A stretch of 64,000 nucleotides of DNA from Candidatus Micrarchaeota archaeon CG1_02_51_15 (GTDB taxonomy: Archaea; Micrarchaeota; Micrarchaeia; Norongarragalinales; UBA8480), in assembly GCA_001871495.1 (NCBI GenBank), contig MNVG01000044.1, forward strand, positions 74 through 64,073, given 5' to 3'. The position numbers were made by a program, and so were the translations under genes. This document shows, piece after piece, positions 19,367 to 28,801 of the stretch; the stretch's first letter is position 1; each line of letters opens with the position of its first letter. The notes under the pieces were generated by a model that made no database searches, was not told the origin of the DNA, and saw only the letters and a list, made by a program, of their open reading frames with translations.

Positions 19367-19698
19367 TTAAGCGTTAAAACTCTGCCTGCGGAAGGCGTAA
19401 ACCGCCATTGCAGCAAGCATGAAAAACACGCCCGCAACGAACACCATACTGACTCCGCCGACCATTACCTTAATGTCTGCAAGCGGCAGCAAGCCAAGGG
19501 CTATGAAAAGGATTCCTGCAAACCAGAACAACGCGAACGCAATGCGATCCAAAAAGTTTTTACCGCCTTGAACGTTACTGCTTTTCAAGCGAGAGTCTGC
19601 ATGCCTGGGTTTGGTGCTCTTGGTCCTGACTTCAGCGTGCTTGGACCTAAGGGTTTTGGCATTACCGCGTTTGGATTTACGAACATTACTTGATGACA
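19367..19698 (-). CDS. Small basic protein with two C-terminal transmembrane helices (hypothetical)
   Basis: Internal ATG at 19698 gives MSSSNVRKSKRG... followed by two hydrophobic helices. The longer N-terminal part of the listed ORF is low-complexity and overlaps the divergent gene. Confidence 0.3.
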
Positions 19699-19852
19699 TG
19701 AAAAGAATCACGGAAAACGAGTATAAAAAAGCTCTTCCCAAACCGTTGCGGATTAACGCAATATTGCGACTATGGTAAAACCTATTGACAAATGCAGGCA
19801 TTGGAAAGGAATTAAAAAACAGTTCGCCGCGTATTAGGTGAAGGTAATTTGA

Positions 19853-21067
19853 TTGACTAACTTTTTGAGCGAAAGAGAAAGGTACTGGCAAGAACTTGAC
19901 TTGCTTAGGAAAACGCTTGAAACCGCTGGAGAACGAAGGCGAGCCCGACATTTAGCAGATGCAATTGACGTTATAGGCGATGAAAAGCAGGGAAACCTTG
20001 TTTTCAAACAACGGATTAAGATAGCCAAACTCTCGCGTGAAATAGCTGAAGGAAATTCGAAAGTAGCGCACTTGCTGATTCACGCGGCAAGCACTGCAGG
20101 CGGCGAAAAACCGTTGCTTAAGCCCAACCAGCTCGTTGAAGCATTGGAAACAATTGCAAACCAAAGCGGAACCGACCGTAACTTGAAACAAAAAACGGCG
20201 CTGGGTTTCTTGCAGAGTATGACTGAAGCGTATTACTTCCGCAACGGACACGTTCCGCACGTACTTGAATTGATTGAAAAGCACTCTAAAAATCCGTCGA
20301 CGCTATTTCAGTTGGGCGACTTTTTGTCCGACGCAATGAACAACGCAGTCATAGCCCAACCTCAAGACCTGCCTGAAGCAAGCGAGTCACTCGTAGGGCT
20401 ACTCCGTGCAGTTAACGGACCAATGCAACAACGAAAAATATTGAGAGAAATCCTCACTGAAGACCTAACCCACCGAAAAAACGGAATACGGCCGTCTAAG
20501 GGAACGTATTTGGACGTAATTCGGTTAGCCACACGAGCCCTTGAAAAAAACGATGTTAAACGCGCCAACTTTTTTCTTCAAGAAACAATCTACCAACTGA
20601 GTTCGTTAGGCGCAGGGCAACGAACGAAGTTGCTAACGCTGCTTTCAACAACATTGAAGAGAAACGGATTGCGAACCGCGTTAAAAACGTTGGACGCGAT
20701 TGAAACAAAACAGTTCGACGAAGCACACGAAATTGCAAGCCACGCCCTTGAATCCGATGAAAAGTACGGCCTTATGCCCGACCGCGCAATAGCCTTTTAT
20801 TACCGAGAAAGAAAAAATGGAACTTGGGAGAAACAAAAGTTGGACGGAATAAAACACGGACTCTTGCTGGGTCCGAAATCACTAGAGTGGATACGCCAAG
20901 TAGGCGACAGCAAATGGCACGCTAGCCTTCATTCGAAGATGCAAGAGGCATCGAAGATGACTTACCCTGATTTCCACGAACCCAAGAACGAGGTTCACGC
21001 CGAACTCTGGAATTATAATCCGCACTTGCGCAATAGGTTTGTAGAAGCACGCAGGAAGCGCAGGTAG
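19853..21067 (+). CDS. Hypothetical all-alpha protein
   Basis: 404-aa ORF, helical/repeat-like. No catalytic motif recognised. Confidence 0.45.
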   Translation: MTNFLSERERYWQELDLLRKTLETAGERRRARHLADAIDVIGDEKQGNLVFKQRIKIAKLSREIAEGNSKVAHLLIHAASTAGGEKPLLKPNQLVEALETIANQSGTDRNLKQKTALGFLQSMTEAYYFRNGHVPHVLELIEKHSKNPSTLFQLGDFLSDAMNNAVIAQPQDLPEASESLVGLLRAVNGPMQQRKILREILTEDLTHRKNGIRPSKGTYLDVIRLATRALEKNDVKRANFFLQETIYQLSSLGAGQRTKLLTLLSTTLKRNGLRTALKTLDAIETKQFDEAHEIASHALESDEKYGLMPDRAIAFYYRERKNGTWEKQKLDGIKHGLLLGPKSLEWIRQVGDSKWHASLHSKMQEASKMTYPDFHEPKNEVHAELWNYNPHLRNRFVEARRKRR

Positions 21068-21071
21068 CTTT

Positions 21072-21320
21072 TTAGCTTATCAACCCGACTTCGTCGACTT
21101 GCACTTCGCTTACTCCTTGGACTTTCTTGACTACTTCCTCGTAGTCCACGCCTTCTTTGTCTTCGCAGATAAAAGAAGCCTTGATTATCTTGGCGCCGAA
21201 AACGAAGTCTTCAATGCGTGCGGAATTGCATCCTTTGACTGCCTTGACTGCTTCAAGCAACGCATTCAAGTCAGTCTCTTCTTGGGGAAAGACTTTCATT
21301 ACCGTCATTACCTTGCCCAT
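21072..21320 (-). CDS. ef1b: Elongation factor 1-beta (aEF-1beta)
   Basis: 82 aa. The pattern MKVFPQEETDL...FGAKIIKASFICEDKEG...EVQVDEVGLIS matches archaeal EF-1beta. Confidence 0.75.
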   Translation of the reverse strand: MGKVMTVMKVFPQEETDLNALLEAVKAVKGCNSARIEDFVFGAKIIKASFICEDKEGVDYEEVVKKVQGVSEVQVDEVGLIS

Positions 21321-21350
21321 TTTTCAATTCCCTCCAATCCAACTTTGTTT

Positions 21351-21770
21351 TCAACACTTTTCCACGAAATTCTTCACTTTCCAGCTCTTGTGCCTTTTTG
21401 GCTCAAACGGCTTGAGACGCACGATTCGGGCGGGTGAACGCAGTTCAACAAGCTTTTCTTTCAAACGGCTTTCGTCCTCGGCCTGGTCGTAACCCAGAAC
21501 AACCACGTCCGGCTTTAACCTTGCTATTATTGCATACCGGTTTTTTTGGCTTCCTAAAACCGCGGAGTCGACTGCTTTAAGCGAAGAAACGAGCTGCAAC
21601 CGCTCGCGTTCACTAAAGTAAGGCATTCGACCTTTAACGCGCCGTACGTTCTTGTCTCTGGCGACGACGACGACCAGGCGTTTGCCCAAGCGACGCGCGG
21701 CTTGAAAGAACTTAACGTGCCCCAAGTGGAGCACGTCGAAAGTCCCGAAAGCCAAAACCGTTCCGCGCAT
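21351..21770 (-). CDS. Cytidylyltransferase-family nucleotidyltransferase (RibL/FAD synthase or PPAT-like)
   Basis: GTFDVLHLGH (HxGH) motif, ~140 aa. Confidence 0.65.
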   Translation of the reverse strand: MRGTVLAFGTFDVLHLGHVKFFQAARRLGKRLVVVVARDKNVRRVKGRMPYFSERERLQLVSSLKAVDSAVLGSQKNRYAIIARLKPDVVVLGYDQAEDESRLKEKLVELRSPARIVRLKPFEPKRHKSWKVKNFVEKC

Positions 21771-21783
21771 TAACCTATAACCT

Positions 21784-21936
21784 TCAAGGACCGCTAAAGC
21801 CGCATTTGCAGACGTACTTGTTTTCGTTTTCGCGGCACACCCTGCACCTGACTATCTCTTCTTTGCACTCGTCGCCGGGGCACTTGAACTTAATATAGTC
21901 TTTTACCTCGCGACCGCAAGTTCCGCAACAAATCAT
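21784..21936 (-). CDS. Small zinc-ribbon protein (COG2888-type)
   Basis: 50 aa from the internal start MICCGTCGREV...CPGDEC...CRVCRENENKYVCKCGF. Such a protein is commonly adjacent to ef1b in archaea. Confidence 0.55.
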   Translation of the reverse strand: MICCGTCGREVKDYIKFKCPGDECKEEIVRCRVCRENENKYVCKCGFSGP

Positions 21937-22080
21937 TGTAAAACACACCTCTAAACCGTTAATTCTCCAAGGAAAAACACCCGCTCGTTCCTTAGAAACA
22001 GTAACAAGTAAATGCAGGAAGTCGTTTTTATACGTTAGCAACCACAATACTGGTTAAGGTTGAACGCCCCAGATTTACGC

Positions 22081-22286
22081 GGAGCCATAGTTCAGCCTGG
22101 ATAGAATGGGAGCTTGCGGAACCAAATCCGCGGTCGCACGACTGCAGATGAGTGCAGACAGCTCTTGACCTGGGTTCGAAGCCCATCCCTTTCTCTTTAG
22201 GAAAGAAAAAGGTCTGGTCACACCCCAAAAAGAAAACGGAAACCCTGTTTCCTTTTCACTTTGGAACGGAAATCCCAGTGGCTCCG
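22081..22286 (+). tRNA. tRNA-Arg (anticodon GCG) interrupted by two introns: a canonical 37/38 intron and a second one in the T-arm
   Basis: Seven-bp acceptor stem GGAGCCA/TGGCTCC with discriminator G, U8/A9, a D-arm GTTC-AGCCTGGATA-GAAT, an anticodon arm GGAGC-TTGCGG^A-GCTCT, and a T-arm CTGGG-TTCGAAG-CCCAG. Manual folding closes the anticodon arm only after removing ~40 nt at 22120-22159. It closes the T-stem only after removing ~92 nt (about 22182-22273). An oligo-T run follows immediately. Confidence 0.6.
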
Positions 22287-22373
22287 CTTTTTTTATAACC
22301 CTCCAGTCCGAAGGAAGTTGAACCGCCGCGTCTTTTATACTTCCGCGCATTCAGATTGCACGGTGATTTTTAG

Positions 22374-22733
22374 ATGGCAGTAAAAGTAGCTGATGAAAGC
22401 AATTTGTTCGGAGCACTGGCGTACCTGCTGAGCTTTATTACGGGGATTATTTTCCTGTTGGTCAAGCCCAAAGACCAGTACGTAAAATACCATTCGGTGC
22501 AGTCTATACTGCTTTCGGTAGCCGCAATAATAGTCCAGATAGTGTGGGGCGTAATCGCCGGAATACTGACAGTCGCAACGCTTGGAGTCGGCTTGGCAGT
22601 AGTACTGCCGGTTTCGGGACTGATTTACTTAGTGTTCCTCATAGCGTGGCTGTACTCAATGTGGGAAGCGTTCAACGGAAGGAAGCACAAACTGCCTTTG
22701 ATTGGCGAGTACGCTGAAAAGTACGCGAAGTAA
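22374..22733 (+). CDS. Small integral membrane protein (3-4 TM)
   Basis: 119 aa with hydrophobic helices. No other motif. Confidence 0.5.
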   Translation: MAVKVADESNLFGALAYLLSFITGIIFLLVKPKDQYVKYHSVQSILLSVAAIIVQIVWGVIAGILTVATLGVGLAVVLPVSGLIYLVFLIAWLYSMWEAFNGRKHKLPLIGEYAEKYAK

Positions 22734-22909
22734 ACGGATTGTTTTATGACTCCGTTTTTCCCCTTCTTTTTTTTCTTTCTCTTTTCTTCTTTTGTTTCAC
22801 TTTACTTCGAAGAATGTTTTTTCAAGAAGTAGTTGCGCGACGTTTCGAGCACGCCCGTATTGCGAGAATCGAACGGCAAGCCCAGGCTAGACCGCACTTG
22901 TCCCAGCAA

Positions 22910-23418
22910 TTAAGCATTCTCCGACTGGTTTTCGGCTTTGCTTACGCACACTGGCGCAAGCCGTCCACCGATTTTTTGGTAGATTACCGCAGCGGGGACG
23001 CGTGGGTGGCTGAATCGTGCGTTTCCAACTAACTTTAGTTCGGAGAGACCTTCCTTTTTGTTGCGTACCAACTTTCCCGCGTCGTCAAAGTACAAGTAAG
23101 CGATTTCGACGTACAGTCCGCCTTCGCGCAGTTGAAAGGTTATTTTCTCTCGCGCAAGCCCGGGTTTGTTGAGTTGCTGCATCACGTGAGCCGCTCGGAT
23201 TATATCGAAATCGCCACGGCAAGGAAGGTTTTCTGTTTCCACGTCGGCTTGATGGTAGGCTATTCCCCTTATTTTCTTGCGCGAGTTTTGCGGCAGGTTC
23301 TTGTCGATTGCGTGGGCTTCGACTTGCGCGCTTGTGCTGCACAGCCAGTTGAAGGTTTCTAGGGTTGTTACCGCGCCTTTTTCGCCCGGCGAACAGCCTA
23401 CGTCAAGAAACCTTATTT
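22910..23418 (-). CDS. Class I SAM-dependent methyltransferase (start unresolved)
   Basis: Motif I FLDVGCSPGE lies upstream of the listed ORF start, and the post-I motif DFDIIRAAHVMQQL follows. The frame is open up to 23545 but contains no ATG/GTG/TTG upstream of motif I. Confidence 0.4.
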
Positions 23419-23617
23419 TTTCAGCGCCCAGATTACGGGTGAACTCCCGGACTAAAAAAGAGTCGATGTGAGAATAACGTTTTGGCCTAGAGAACTGCGA
23501 GTCTCCATGCCCCCTGAGGGTTCCGTTGAAAGTACCCCTCAGGCATTAGCGCCGCAGTTTAGCGTTTACGGTTCCTGCTTTTTCACTCCAACCCATTCGC
23601 GTGTCACCCTTTAATTT

Positions 23618-24931
23618 TTAGGGGTACACGCGGTTTATTACCCTTGGAAAGGGGATGGCGTCGCGGATGTGGTCGAGCTTGCATATCCAGCGCACCAGGC
23701 GTTCGATGCCCATTCCGAAGCCGGAGTGCGGAACCGAGCCGTACTTGCGCAAGTCCAAGTACCACGCGAACGCAGCGGGGTCCGAGCCGTCGGCCCGCAA
23801 TCGGCTTATGAGCAACTCGTTGTCTTCCTCTCTTTGCGAGCTTCCGATTATTTCGCCATAGCCTTCGGGGGCCAGAATGTCGGCGCCCAGCACCAGGTTT
23901 TCGTCGGTCGGGTCGCGCTTCATGTAGAACGCCTTGATTTTAGCCGGGAAGTGAGTGAGCAAAATGGGTTTCTTGTATTCTGCAGTAAGGATTTTTTCTT
24001 CGTCTGCACCCAAGTCGTCGCCGAACTCGACAGGCATTCCTTTTTGCTTGAGTATTTCTATTGCCTTGGCGTAAGCCATGCGCGGAAACGGAGGCGCAAT
24101 TGCAAGCATTTCCTCGGGGTTTCTTCCGAGCAGTTCGAGTTCCTTGGGCCGTTCTTTAGCCGTTTTCTGGCAGATGAATGAAATCATTTCCTCTTCAAAT
24201 GCAATGAGTTGCTCGAAGTTCATGTGCGCTTCCTCGCCTTCAACATGCCAGTACTCTGCCAAGTGACGTAAGGTACGGCTTTTTTCAGCCCGGAACGACG
24301 GAGTTATTGCATAGACTTTTTCGAGGCTGAAAATCAATGCTTCCAAGTAAAGTTGCGCGCTTTGGGAGAGGATTGCCTTCTTGCCGAAGTAGTCGAAGTT
24401 AAAGGTCGTAGAGCCTCCTTCGCAGGCGCCGCTTGCTATTATGGGCGGGGTTGTTTCCCAATAACCTTTCTTTTCAAAGAACTCCCTGCAGGCAGCGAGG
24501 ACGGTTGCCTTGACTTTCATTACTGCAGTGAGTTCGCGCGAGCGTATTGAAAGGTGGCGTATGTCCAACAGCCATTCTTCGGAGTTGTCTTTGGCAATTG
24601 GAAACACGTCCGCGGCGTGTATTGCGGTAAAGTCGGTTGCCTGCAATTCGAAGCCGCCTGTTGCGCGGTCGTCTTTTGCAACGACTCCTTTTACGGTGAC
24701 CGCGGATTCGATGCGCGTGCATGCTTCGGCGTTCTTCCAAGCCTGTTCCGAAACGCGGTCTTTTTTTACGGTTGCCTGGATTATGTCAGTCGAGTCGCGG
24801 ATTACCAGAAAAAGCATTGCTCCACTGGTCCTCGCGCGGTACACCCAACCGCGCACCGAAACTTCTTTGCCAACACAATTGCTTGAAAGCACTTCTTCAA
24901 TGGGAGTAAAACAGGCTTGTTCGTTGCTCAT
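23618..24931 (-). CDS. asnS: Asparaginyl-tRNA synthetase (class IIb)
   Basis: N-terminal OB fold, motif 2 FRAEKSRTLRHLAEYWHVE (the EKS variant typical of AsnRS), and motif 3 GFGMGIERLV. 437 aa. Confidence 0.75.
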   Translation of the reverse strand: MSNEQACFTPIEEVLSSNCVGKEVSVRGWVYRARTSGAMLFLVIRDSTDIIQATVKKDRVSEQAWKNAEACTRIESAVTVKGVVAKDDRATGGFELQATDFTAIHAADVFPIAKDNSEEWLLDIRHLSIRSRELTAVMKVKATVLAACREFFEKKGYWETTPPIIASGACEGGSTTFNFDYFGKKAILSQSAQLYLEALIFSLEKVYAITPSFRAEKSRTLRHLAEYWHVEGEEAHMNFEQLIAFEEEMISFICQKTAKERPKELELLGRNPEEMLAIAPPFPRMAYAKAIEILKQKGMPVEFGDDLGADEEKILTAEYKKPILLTHFPAKIKAFYMKRDPTDENLVLGADILAPEGYGEIIGSSQREEDNELLISRLRADGSDPAAFAWYLDLRKYGSVPHSGFGMGIERLVRWICKLDHIRDAIPFPRVINRVYP

Positions 24932-25353
24932 ATTAAGTCTACCTCAACGCGTTTTTTAGGAATGGTTAATTCGACGACGCCGTTTTTGAAAGACGCCTTG
25001 GCCTGCGATGGCAGTACGGGCGCGGGAAAGTCGATGTATTCGACTACCGGCACTTCAACTGCCTTACGGGCGAACTCGGAGCGGAAGCCCTCTTGCTGGG
25101 GGTTCTTGTCAACCACCAGTTTCAGCCAGCCTTCGTTTATCTTGAGCTTCAAGTGCTCTTTTTTGACTCCCGGCGCGTGGATTATTACCACCACTTCGCG
25201 GGCGTTTTCGAAAGCGTCTACAGTGGGAATATCCGCAGAGAGGCTCTCGTGCAGGATGCGCTTGTACTTTAAGGGCATGACTTCGTCAGAAGCTTTGTCA
25301 AAAGGCAGCGCAAGCCCCCACTTTCTCCTAAGGTCTGAAAACGACGCAGGCAT
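24928..25353 (-). CDS. Small heat-shock protein (Hsp20/alpha-crystallin)
   Basis: Alpha-crystallin-like core in a 141-aa protein, with a C-terminal I-x-I-like VEVDLI. Confidence 0.75.
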   Translation of the reverse strand: MPASFSDLRRKWGLALPFDKASDEVMPLKYKRILHESLSADIPTVDAFENAREVVVIIHAPGVKKEHLKLKINEGWLKLVVDKNPQQEGFRSEFARKAVEVPVVEYIDFPAPVLPSQAKASFKNGVVELTIPKKRVEVDLI

Positions 25354-25421
25354 TTGATTCCATCCTCTTACCTTTTTGGCGCGGGAGGGATAAAAAGCGT
25401 TCGCAGCCCTTAAGTTGTCAC

Positions 25422-27284
25422 ATGACTCAAGTCGACCTCCTATTCAGGCACGCCTCGTTTCGGCCCGGCCAGCAGAGCTTGGTAACCGACTTGTGGCACG
25501 CGGTAAAAGAAGGCAAGCACGTGCTGTTCAACGCCCCGACCGGCGCTGGTAAAACCGACAGCGCCATTTCAACCGCGCTTACCTACGCCCTTCAAAACGA
25601 CTTGGACGTCTTCTTCCTTACTCCCAAGACGTCACAGCACAAAGTCGCAATAGAGGTTGCCGCAGGAATAGCCAAGAAATTCGACTTGGCGTTCACAGCA
25701 GTTGACTTCGTAGGCAAAAAAAACATGTGCTTGAACCAACGCGTGAAAGAAAGCGGCGACTTTTACCACACTTGCGAACGGCGGTGCAAGGCAAGAAAAT
25801 GCGTTTTCAAAAACAACTCGCGCGACAAGTCGTTTGCAGTAACGCGGATAATGACGCACGACGAACTGCTAAGCGAATGCGAAGCGTCAAACGTCTGCGC
25901 CTACGACGAAGCAGCCCGCGCAGCAACGAGCGCCCGATTGATAATAGCCGATTACTACCAACTGTTTGCCCCGCCGATTTCAACGGCGTTCTTGCGCAAG
26001 ACCGGAAAAGACGTTTCAAAAAGCATTATAATAGTCGACGAAGCCCATAACCTCCCCAAACGCATGCGCGACTACCTAGGCGGCAGCGCAGATGAAGAAT
26101 CATTGCGCAAGGCAATGCACGAAAGCAAGGCAATCGAACCTGCGTTGTCAAACGAACTCCGCGGAATACGAGATAGGTTCGTGCAATTCCAGGCGGTAAA
26201 ACTGGGTTCAAGCGACGAGTGGTGGTCCGAAGACGGGAAGCAAAACGGGGAAAGGATGGCCGAAAACAAGGAGAACGTTGTTGAAAAAAACGAGTTTTCC
26301 GAATTGCTCGGAGGAGCTCCGCAAGCGCTGTCGCTTGTAGAACGCCTGCAGAAATGCGGCGAAGAATACGTTGCAAAAGAAGAAAAACAACGCAGCGCCT
26401 GCTTGCGCCTTGCGTCGTTTATCAACCGCTGGCTGGAATCAGGAAGCGAGTACAGCCGCGTAATATCCGCAAACGGCCTGGAACTCAAGTGCCTCGACTC
26501 CACTTCCATTACCGGAACCGCAGACGGCGCGCGTTCGTGCATTGCAATGAGTGGCACGCTGCTTCCTCTTGAAATGTATCGCGACTTAATCGGACTCGAA
26601 CCGACCCGCACCGTCCTCAAAGAATACGACTCTTACTTTCCTGTCGAAAACAGGCTCAATGTCCTAGTGGACTCGGTAACCACCAAGTACGAACACCGCA
26701 CCGAAGAAGGATTCGCCAAAATCGCGGCAATCCTTCAGCAAATACACGACACGGTGGAAGGAAAGGAACTCGCGTTATTCTTCCCCTCTTACTCCGTAAT
26801 GAATTCCATCCTGTCTTCAATGCACGTGCCGCGTATAGTCGTCCAACGCGAGGGCATGAACGCAACGGAAACAAGTGACATGCTCAAAAAATTCAAAACC
26901 GAACGCGGGACCCTCTGCGCGGTAATGGGCGGCTCGCTCTCTGAAGGAATCGACTATTCCGAAAAGGAAATAAAGTGCGCCTGCATCGTCGGAATCCCCC
27001 TGCAGGAAATGAGCCTTGAAGTGCGGTCGCTGGTGGACTACTACGACAAGAAATACGGCAAGGGCTGGGAATACGGTTACACCTGCCCTGCAATGAACAA
27101 AGCGCTCCAAGCAGCAGGCAGGGGAATACGCAGCGAGAAAGACAAGTGCATAGTAATATTCCTAGACGGCCGCTACGCTTGGAGAAACTACAGTCAATGC
27201 CTGCCCCAAGACTGGAACTTCACCGCATCGGACAAACCCTGGAAAGTAGTCAAAGCATTCCTAGACGACTACAACTACTACTGA
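25422..27284 (+). CDS. xpd: XPD/Rad3-family 5'-3' DNA helicase with an Fe-S domain
   Basis: Walker A NAPTGAGKTD, a four-Cys cluster (MCLNQ...CERRCKARKC) between motifs I and II, the DEAH box IVDEAHNL, and helicase motif VI QAAGRGIRS. Confidence 0.8.
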   Translation: MTQVDLLFRHASFRPGQQSLVTDLWHAVKEGKHVLFNAPTGAGKTDSAISTALTYALQNDLDVFFLTPKTSQHKVAIEVAAGIAKKFDLAFTAVDFVGKKNMCLNQRVKESGDFYHTCERRCKARKCVFKNNSRDKSFAVTRIMTHDELLSECEASNVCAYDEAARAATSARLIIADYYQLFAPPISTAFLRKTGKDVSKSIIIVDEAHNLPKRMRDYLGGSADEESLRKAMHESKAIEPALSNELRGIRDRFVQFQAVKLGSSDEWWSEDGKQNGERMAENKENVVEKNEFSELLGGAPQALSLVERLQKCGEEYVAKEEKQRSACLRLASFINRWLESGSEYSRVISANGLELKCLDSTSITGTADGARSCIAMSGTLLPLEMYRDLIGLEPTRTVLKEYDSYFPVENRLNVLVDSVTTKYEHRTEEGFAKIAAILQQIHDTVEGKELALFFPSYSVMNSILSSMHVPRIVVQREGMNATETSDMLKKFKTERGTLCAVMGGSLSEGIDYSEKEIKCACIVGIPLQEMSLEVRSLVDYYDKKYGKGWEYGYTCPAMNKALQAAGRGIRSEKDKCIVIFLDGRYAWRNYSQCLPQDWNFTASDKPWKVVKAFLDDYNYY

Positions 27285-27349
27285 AAAAGGCAACCTTTTT
27301 TTACTTCGGTTGGCGTAAGTACCGTCTAGCTCGAAATAAGGTTTGAAGC

Positions 27350-28792
27350 ATGCCGCGCAAATACCCTGAACAAAAACGATTGGTTTCACTGGCCGGAGAA
27401 CTGTCCGAAAAAGGCCTTGCTTTATTCGGGGGAATGGCGGTACAACATTACCTTCCTAGGGAATTCCATTCCTTGCACGACGACTTGGACATGCTCGCGA
27501 AACCAAAAGACTTGGCGCAACTTATGCACGATAGGCACGTTGACTCCAACTTAAGAAAAATCGGTCCTTCGCACTATGAAACGCGCCTTCCGCACGGCGA
27601 GATAATCCACTTGGAACTAAGCGAAACCATGCCGTCAACCAGCTTCCAAGTGCTAAACCATTCGACAGACCAAAAAGAAGCAATTAGAGCAAGCATTCCC
27701 GAACCCGAATACCTCATGGCAAGACTGATTCACGTAATATCACGACCGGAAACCGACTGGCCCCGCCGCCTCAAGCAACTGCATTACTTGTGCCGGCTTA
27801 CAACCCATTCGCTGGAAAAAATAAGGAAACCCAAAGTAATGCGTTACCTGCACGGATTAAGCGGAGGCAAAAAAAACACGGCTGAAACAAGAAAACTCTT
27901 GTCCCAAGTACTGGAAAACACGCCTGCAAAAGAATTGGCCACTCACGCAAAGGAAACGCGCGGAAAAGCAGGAGAATCCGATTATGCAAAAGCACTTGAA
28001 CAAGTGCGAAATCAATACGGGCTGCCTTCTCCTGCACGCAATTCATTGGTAACGCTTTCAGCCGCGTTGCACTCGCTTTCCAACCGGGATAAACGAGCGC
28101 TGGCAAGCGCACTTAACACCACTGAAAACGAAGCCGATTTGTTCGGCAGAATAACTGAAGAAAGCAGGAAAGCAAGCTCTTACGAAATAAACTTGGCGGC
28201 ACAACGGAATCCGGAAAAACTTCTATTCGACTTGGCGGGAATACCGAAAACAAAGAGAGCCCCTAAAAAACACGATTTGTCCGTACCTCGAGAATTCGTG
28301 ATATCGGACACGCACTTCGACCACGCGAACATAATCAAATACTGCAACCGACCGTTCAATGATACGGGACATATGAACAAGATAATACTGCGGAAGTGGA
28401 ACCGCACAGTAAAACCGGAAGACATAGTTTATTTCCTAGGTGACTTGGCAATGGGAAAAGGAAACACGGCCAAATGGCTGGCGCGGCTTAATGGCAAAAA
28501 AATCTTCATCAAAGGAGACCATGATGAGGAAGTCGAAGGTCAGGAAATGCACAAACACCTGCAGATCGTTCACGACGGCGTATCGTTGTTATTGGTTCAC
28601 GATCCGGACAAAGCACCTAAAGACTGGCACGGATGGGTATTGCACGGGCACCATCACAACAACCACCTTGAAGGATACCCCCGCATGCACGCCCGCAACA
28701 GAACGGTAAACGCAAGCGTCGAACTACACGACTACCGCCCGGTTCTCTTAAGCCGAATAACCGACGATATAAAGAAACACACCCGCCGCTGA
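27350..28792 (+). CDS. Fusion protein: N-terminal nucleotidyltransferase-fold domain (AbiEii/DUF1814-like) plus C-terminal calcineurin-like metallophosphoesterase
   Basis: NTase signature LFGGMAVQHYLPREFHSLHDDLDML (GG...DxD). Metallophosphoesterase motifs I-V: SDTHFDH, FLGDLAMG, KGDHDEE, LLVHDPD, HGHHHNNH. Confidence 0.55.
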   Translation: MPRKYPEQKRLVSLAGELSEKGLALFGGMAVQHYLPREFHSLHDDLDMLAKPKDLAQLMHDRHVDSNLRKIGPSHYETRLPHGEIIHLELSETMPSTSFQVLNHSTDQKEAIRASIPEPEYLMARLIHVISRPETDWPRRLKQLHYLCRLTTHSLEKIRKPKVMRYLHGLSGGKKNTAETRKLLSQVLENTPAKELATHAKETRGKAGESDYAKALEQVRNQYGLPSPARNSLVTLSAALHSLSNRDKRALASALNTTENEADLFGRITEESRKASSYEINLAAQRNPEKLLFDLAGIPKTKRAPKKHDLSVPREFVISDTHFDHANIIKYCNRPFNDTGHMNKIILRKWNRTVKPEDIVYFLGDLAMGKGNTAKWLARLNGKKIFIKGDHDEEVEGQEMHKHLQIVHDGVSLLLVHDPDKAPKDWHGWVLHGHHHNNHLEGYPRMHARNRTVNASVELHDYRPVLLSRITDDIKKHTRR

Positions 28793-28801
28793 GCAAAAAG
28801 G

